A stretch of DNA of 36,070 nucleotides from the UHGV virus genome UHGV-1528002, one strand, 5' to 3'. Source of the stretch: a virus. The notes under the pieces were generated by a model. The model ran no database searches, was not told the origin of the DNA, and saw only the letters and a list, made by a program, of their open reading frames with translations. How positions within the stretch are numbered: position 1 is the stretch's first letter; every line of letters starts with the position of its first letter. A program made the translations under genes and the position numbers. Shown piece after piece: positions 33,971 through 36,070 of this stretch.

Positions 33971-33985
33971 TTACCTTTAAGGTAA
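33971..33985. promoter_or_regulatory. Operator palindrome TTACCTTTAAGGTAA
   Basis: Exact consensus copy 21 bp upstream of the ATG of the membrane zinc-ribbon gene. Confidence 0.5.
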
Positions 33986-34005
33986 TGTTATTGTGAGGAA
34001 AAGCA

Positions 34006-34734
34006 ATGGAAGTTTTCTGGATAGTTGTTGGTGTGGTTGCGGTGATTATTTACGTTATCAACCAGAACAAGACTAAGATCTCTGATCGTACGGTCGTTAA
34101 TCATAACAAAACGATAAAGACCGAAGATGGGGAGATAACGATTAATCGTACACAGGTGATAGAACACACCTCTACTCAGTTTCAAAAAACTGGAGGTAAT
34201 GCGCCTAATATTTCCGCACCTCCTGCTTATGATAGTGCGGTAATCCAGACATATTATAAACAGCAGGAGTTAGCAAAAGAGAGGCAACTGATTCAGCCAA
34301 AGCCGTTTACAGCTGAGCTTCCACCTGGAGTGTCAACGCGTCCGGCATATCATGGAAGATTCCCTGGTGATGACATATCGTCTCAGTCATCTAAAAAAGC
34401 ACCTCAGGCAGTATCAGAGCCAGCAAGAATACCTTCTGTATCGCCGCCAAAAGAAGAATCAGCTAACAGAGTTTCAAGTGGTAGCAAGCAGTGCTTGCGA
34501 TGCAGAATAAACCTTCCATATGAAAAATTCAGGAAATCGTCAAAAAATCCAGATGGATTGACTAAGTGGTGTGCAAGGTGTCTCGATGGCCCAAAGAATA
34601 CACGCCATATGAAGTGGTGCCCAATTTGTAATGTCCGCAGAAAACGAACCAGCTTTTACCCTAATAATCAAAATGCGGACGGCTTAATGGCATGGTGCAA
34701 AACGTGCTGGGATGAGCACAAAGCGAAACGATAG
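34006..34734 (+). CDS. Membrane-anchored protein with tandem C-terminal zinc ribbons
   Basis: N-terminal TM helix (VFWIVVGVVAVIIYVI), low-complexity linker, two repeats of CxxC...NPDGL..WCxxC; GAGGAAAA RBS. Confidence 0.55.
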   Translation: MEVFWIVVGVVAVIIYVINQNKTKISDRTVVNHNKTIKTEDGEITINRTQVIEHTSTQFQKTGGNAPNISAPPAYDSAVIQTYYKQQELAKERQLIQPKPFTAELPPGVSTRPAYHGRFPGDDISSQSSKKAPQAVSEPARIPSVSPPKEESANRVSSGSKQCLRCRINLPYEKFRKSSKNPDGLTKWCARCLDGPKNTRHMKWCPICNVRRKRTSFYPNNQNADGLMAWCKTCWDEHKAKR

Positions 34735-34756
34735 GCCGCTCTTGCGGCCTTTAAAT

Positions 34757-35014
34757 TTACCGGGTTTGTTTTCGTAATTGTTCGGCACAATAGTCGAGAT
34801 GTGTTTGCAGATCCTGCATAGACATCTGTGAGCTGGTGACGTAGTTAATCAGTGCAGTCAGTTCGGCAAGTGGGCCATCGACATTAAATCCATCCTTATC
34901 GAGATCCCGGAGTAATTTCATCAAGTGCGATCCCTCCACCAGTGATCTGACGCCTCCCGGCGTGTGAATCCTTTCGGTAAATCCGTCTTCCAGTGGATAG
35001 TGATACTGCTGCAT
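34757..35014 (-). CDS. Small KilAC-like protein (stand-alone antirepressor C-domain paralog), candidate SOS-induced antirepressor
   Basis: ATG 35014 behind GGAGAAG RBS (the track's longer ORF begins at TTG 35032); about 40% identity to the C-terminus of the BRO-N antirepressor (e.g. IHTPGGV / IHSPSGV, AELT, DLQTH / DIQTH); LexA box 22 bp upstream. Confidence 0.55.
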   Translation of the reverse strand: MQQYHYPLEDGFTERIHTPGGVRSLVEGSHLMKLLRDLDKDGFNVDGPLAELTALINYVTSSQMSMQDLQTHLDYCAEQLRKQTR

Positions 35015-35033
35015 CTTATCTTCTCCATGCAAT

Positions 35034-35053
35034 AACTGTATAAATATACAGTA
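35034..35053. promoter_or_regulatory. LexA (SOS) box
   Basis: AACTGTATAAATATACAGTA: CTGT-N8-ACAG with AT-rich spacer, 18 of 20 matches to TACTGTATATATATACAGTA. Confidence 0.75.
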
Positions 35054-35090
35054 TCAAATAATTTGTTTGCTATCCAGCACGTTTTGCAAA

Positions 35091-35105
35091 TTACCTGAAA
35101 GGTAA
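35091..35105. promoter_or_regulatory. Operator palindrome TTACCTGAAAGGTAA
   Basis: Exact consensus copy in the divergent region between the small KilAC-like gene and the tail-fibre gene. Confidence 0.5.
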
Positions 35106-35209
35106 TATCTATTCATATTCACAGTCTTTCTATCCATATGTGGTTTTTCAGGTAATAGAATAACCAGATATGCGGCGCAACGGGTGCTGCGACTATCTGG
35201 AGATTTAAC

Positions 35210-36070
35210 ATGACGGTCTCAACCGAAGTTGACCACAACGAATACACAGGTAACGGCGCTACGACATCATTTCCGTATACCTTCCGTATTTTCAAAAAAT
35301 CCGACCTGGTTGTTCAGGTGTCTGACCTGAACGGGAACGTAACAGAATTGGTTCTGGATACCGGTTATACGGTAACTGGGGCGGGCACTTATAGTGGCGG
35401 TTCTGTGGTTCTTCCGTCGCCGCTTGCTGCTGGCTGGCGAATTACGATAGATCGTGTGCTTGATGTGGTGCAGGAGACAGACCTTCGCAATCAGGGAAAG
35501 TTTTTCCCCGAAGTGCATGAGGATGCCTTTGACTATCTGACGATGCTGATCCAGCAATGTTTTGGGTGGTTCAGACGTGCATTGATGAAGCCCTCTCTGC
35601 TTGCAAAATATTACGATGCAAAGCAAAACAGAATTTCTAACCTTGCAGATCCATCACTTGAGCAGGATGCTGTAAATAATCGCTCAATGCGTAATTATGT
35701 CGATGCTGCAATCGCCGGGGTTGTTGGTGGTTTTGGTTGGTTTATTCAGTATGGTTCTGGAGCAGTATACCGAACGTTCCAGGATAAGATGAGAGATATC
35801 GTCAGTGTTAGCGATTTTGGTGCAAAGGGAGATGGAATAACTGATTCTACGGAGGCGTTCTCTAATGCAGGCCACAGAGCGTTTGTTCCTAATGGCGATT
35901 TTGCAGTAAATACTCTCGAAGTTGATGTATCTTCTGTTCAAGGTATTGGGAGGATTGTTGCTGATAATGGATCTCTTATTTCAGTTTCTCGTCTACTTGA
36001 AACTGACAAACTTGTGCAGAGAAAAATGATGGAACCTTTTTTTGGTTTTCAGGGAGAAACAAACACAGAA
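35210..36070 (+). CDS. Tail fibre/tailspike, N-terminal part (CDS continues beyond the window)
   Basis: Open frame from ATG 35210 (GGAG RBS) to the window end with no stop; N-terminus MTVSTEVDHNEYTGNGATTSFPYTFRIFKKSDLVV resembles the conserved tail-attachment domain of T7-like fibres; DFGAKGDGITDST suggests the start of a beta-helix enzymatic domain. Confidence 0.7.
   Translation, partial: MTVSTEVDHNEYTGNGATTSFPYTFRIFKKSDLVVQVSDLNGNVTELVLDTGYTVTGAGTYSGGSVVLPSPLAAGWRITIDRVLDVVQETDLRNQGKFFPEVHEDAFDYLTMLIQQCFGWFRRALMKPSLLAKYYDAKQNRISNLADPSLEQDAVNNRSMRNYVDAAIAGVVGGFGWFIQYGSGAVYRTFQDKMRDIVSVSDFGAKGDGITDSTEAFSNAGHRAFVPNGDFAVNTLEVDVSSVQGIGRIVADNGSLISVSRLLETDKLVQRKMMEPFFGFQGETNTE

Larger units (their letters stand above)
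1..36070. mobile_element. Prophage / temperate phage genome (partial): lambdoid early, immunity and replication modules joined to a T7-like podovirus morphogenesis module
   Basis: Uninterrupted phage gene order from integrase (193) through recombination, immunity, replication, terminase, portal, capsid, tail tube and ejection proteins to a tail-fibre N-terminus at the window end. Confidence 0.85.

Overview
The window is almost entirely a temperate phage (prophage) genome read from its left attachment-site end; the right end lies beyond the window. Gene order: P4/CP4-57-type tyrosine integrase (+ strand); a leftward early operon (hypothetical, RecE-C-terminal-like PD-(D/E)XK exonuclease, Red-beta/RecT-type annealase, AlpA-type excisionase, MT-A70 adenine methyltransferase); an immunity switch (tandem-HTH repressor with no recognisable autocleavage domain, divergent YdaS/Cro-like gene); lambda O/P-like replication genes with an iteron array inside the initiator gene; small accessory genes (DUF1064, Ea22-like, HNH, DUF551, ASCH-like); terminase small and large subunits; an inverted moron carrying tRNA-Arg(UCU); a T7-like morphogenesis module (gp6.7-like, portal, scaffold, major capsid, tail tubular A/B, internal virion/ejection proteins including a lytic transglycosylase); an accessory island (secreted plus membrane small proteins, BRO-N antirepressor, mini-antirepressor behind a LexA box, membrane zinc-ribbon protein); and the N-terminus of a tail fibre/tailspike cut by the window end. 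No lysis cassette, Q-like antiterminator or CRISPR array was seen. The strongest non-genic signals are (1) a 15-bp palindrome TTACCT-N3-AGGTAA at 12 intergenic sites, bracketing the repressor gene and abutting the -10 element of four promoters, consistent with an immunity operator extended into a prophage-wide regulon; (2) a consensus-quality LexA box in front of a small gene homologous to the C-terminal domain of the BRO-N antirepressor; (3) a 13-14 bp palindrome TGTGACATGTCAC(A) present three times at moron boundaries. All family assignments are from reading the translations without database searches.
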